64,000 nucleotides of DNA from contig NC_058368.1 in the NCBI RefSeq assembly GCF_018350175.1, positions 35,590,001 to 35,654,000 of the forward strand, read 5' to 3'. This stretch comes from Felis catus. Lineage: Eukaryota. This document shows positions 63,838-64,000 of the stretch, piece after piece; the stretch's first letter is position 1, and the number at the start of each line of letters is the position of its first letter. The notes under the pieces were generated by a model that saw nothing but the letters and a program-made list of their open reading frames with translations, was not told the origin of the DNA and ran no database searches. A program made the translations under genes and the position numbers.

Positions 63838-64000
63838 TACTTCTAACTTTTTATTTCACAATAATTATAGATTTACAGGAAGTTGCAAAAATAGTATAGT
63901 GACTCCCATATGCCCTTTACCCACTTCCCTCCAGTGGTAAGATCTCAGACTATAGTACAACTTCAAAACCAATGTACTGACAACAGCAAAGTACTGCTAA
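63838..64000 (-). mobile_element. Ancient L1MB/MC 3' end, running off the window edge
   Basis: ataattatagatttacaggaagttgcaaaaatagta...ccctttaccca...tatagtacaa...tcaaaacca. Confidence 0.7.

Overview
Mammalian, AT-rich, repeat-dense non-coding DNA from a carnivore, most likely a felid (cat-type Can-SINEs, e.g. 48270-48491). No protein-coding host gene, RNA gene or CRISPR array can be identified from the sequence. The only recognisable protein-like ORFs are decayed transposon genes: two minus-strand LINE-1 elements (8052-11384 and ~56630-63517) and a near-complete Tigger1 transposon (14915-17305). The window also holds about 14 Can-SINEs, several solo LTRs (MaLR, MLT2, ERV types), hAT and Tigger MITEs, L2/MIR/old L1 relics and microsatellites. 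Repeat family names are from memory, not a RepeatMasker run. Best observations: (1) a SINE carrying a patchwork insertion copied from itself and from a site 1.6 kb away, plus two smaller scars of the same kind; (2) a TSD-flanked L1 whose 5' UTR start is fused directly to mid-ORF2; (3) repeat-poor, motif-rich islands (0.5-2.3 kb, 38.2-39.2 kb, 41.5 kb, 46.4 kb) with candidate promoter elements, small exons, a 14-bp VNTR and a hairpin. I found no evidence of a wholly new multi-gene system; all regulatory and exon calls are hypotheses.
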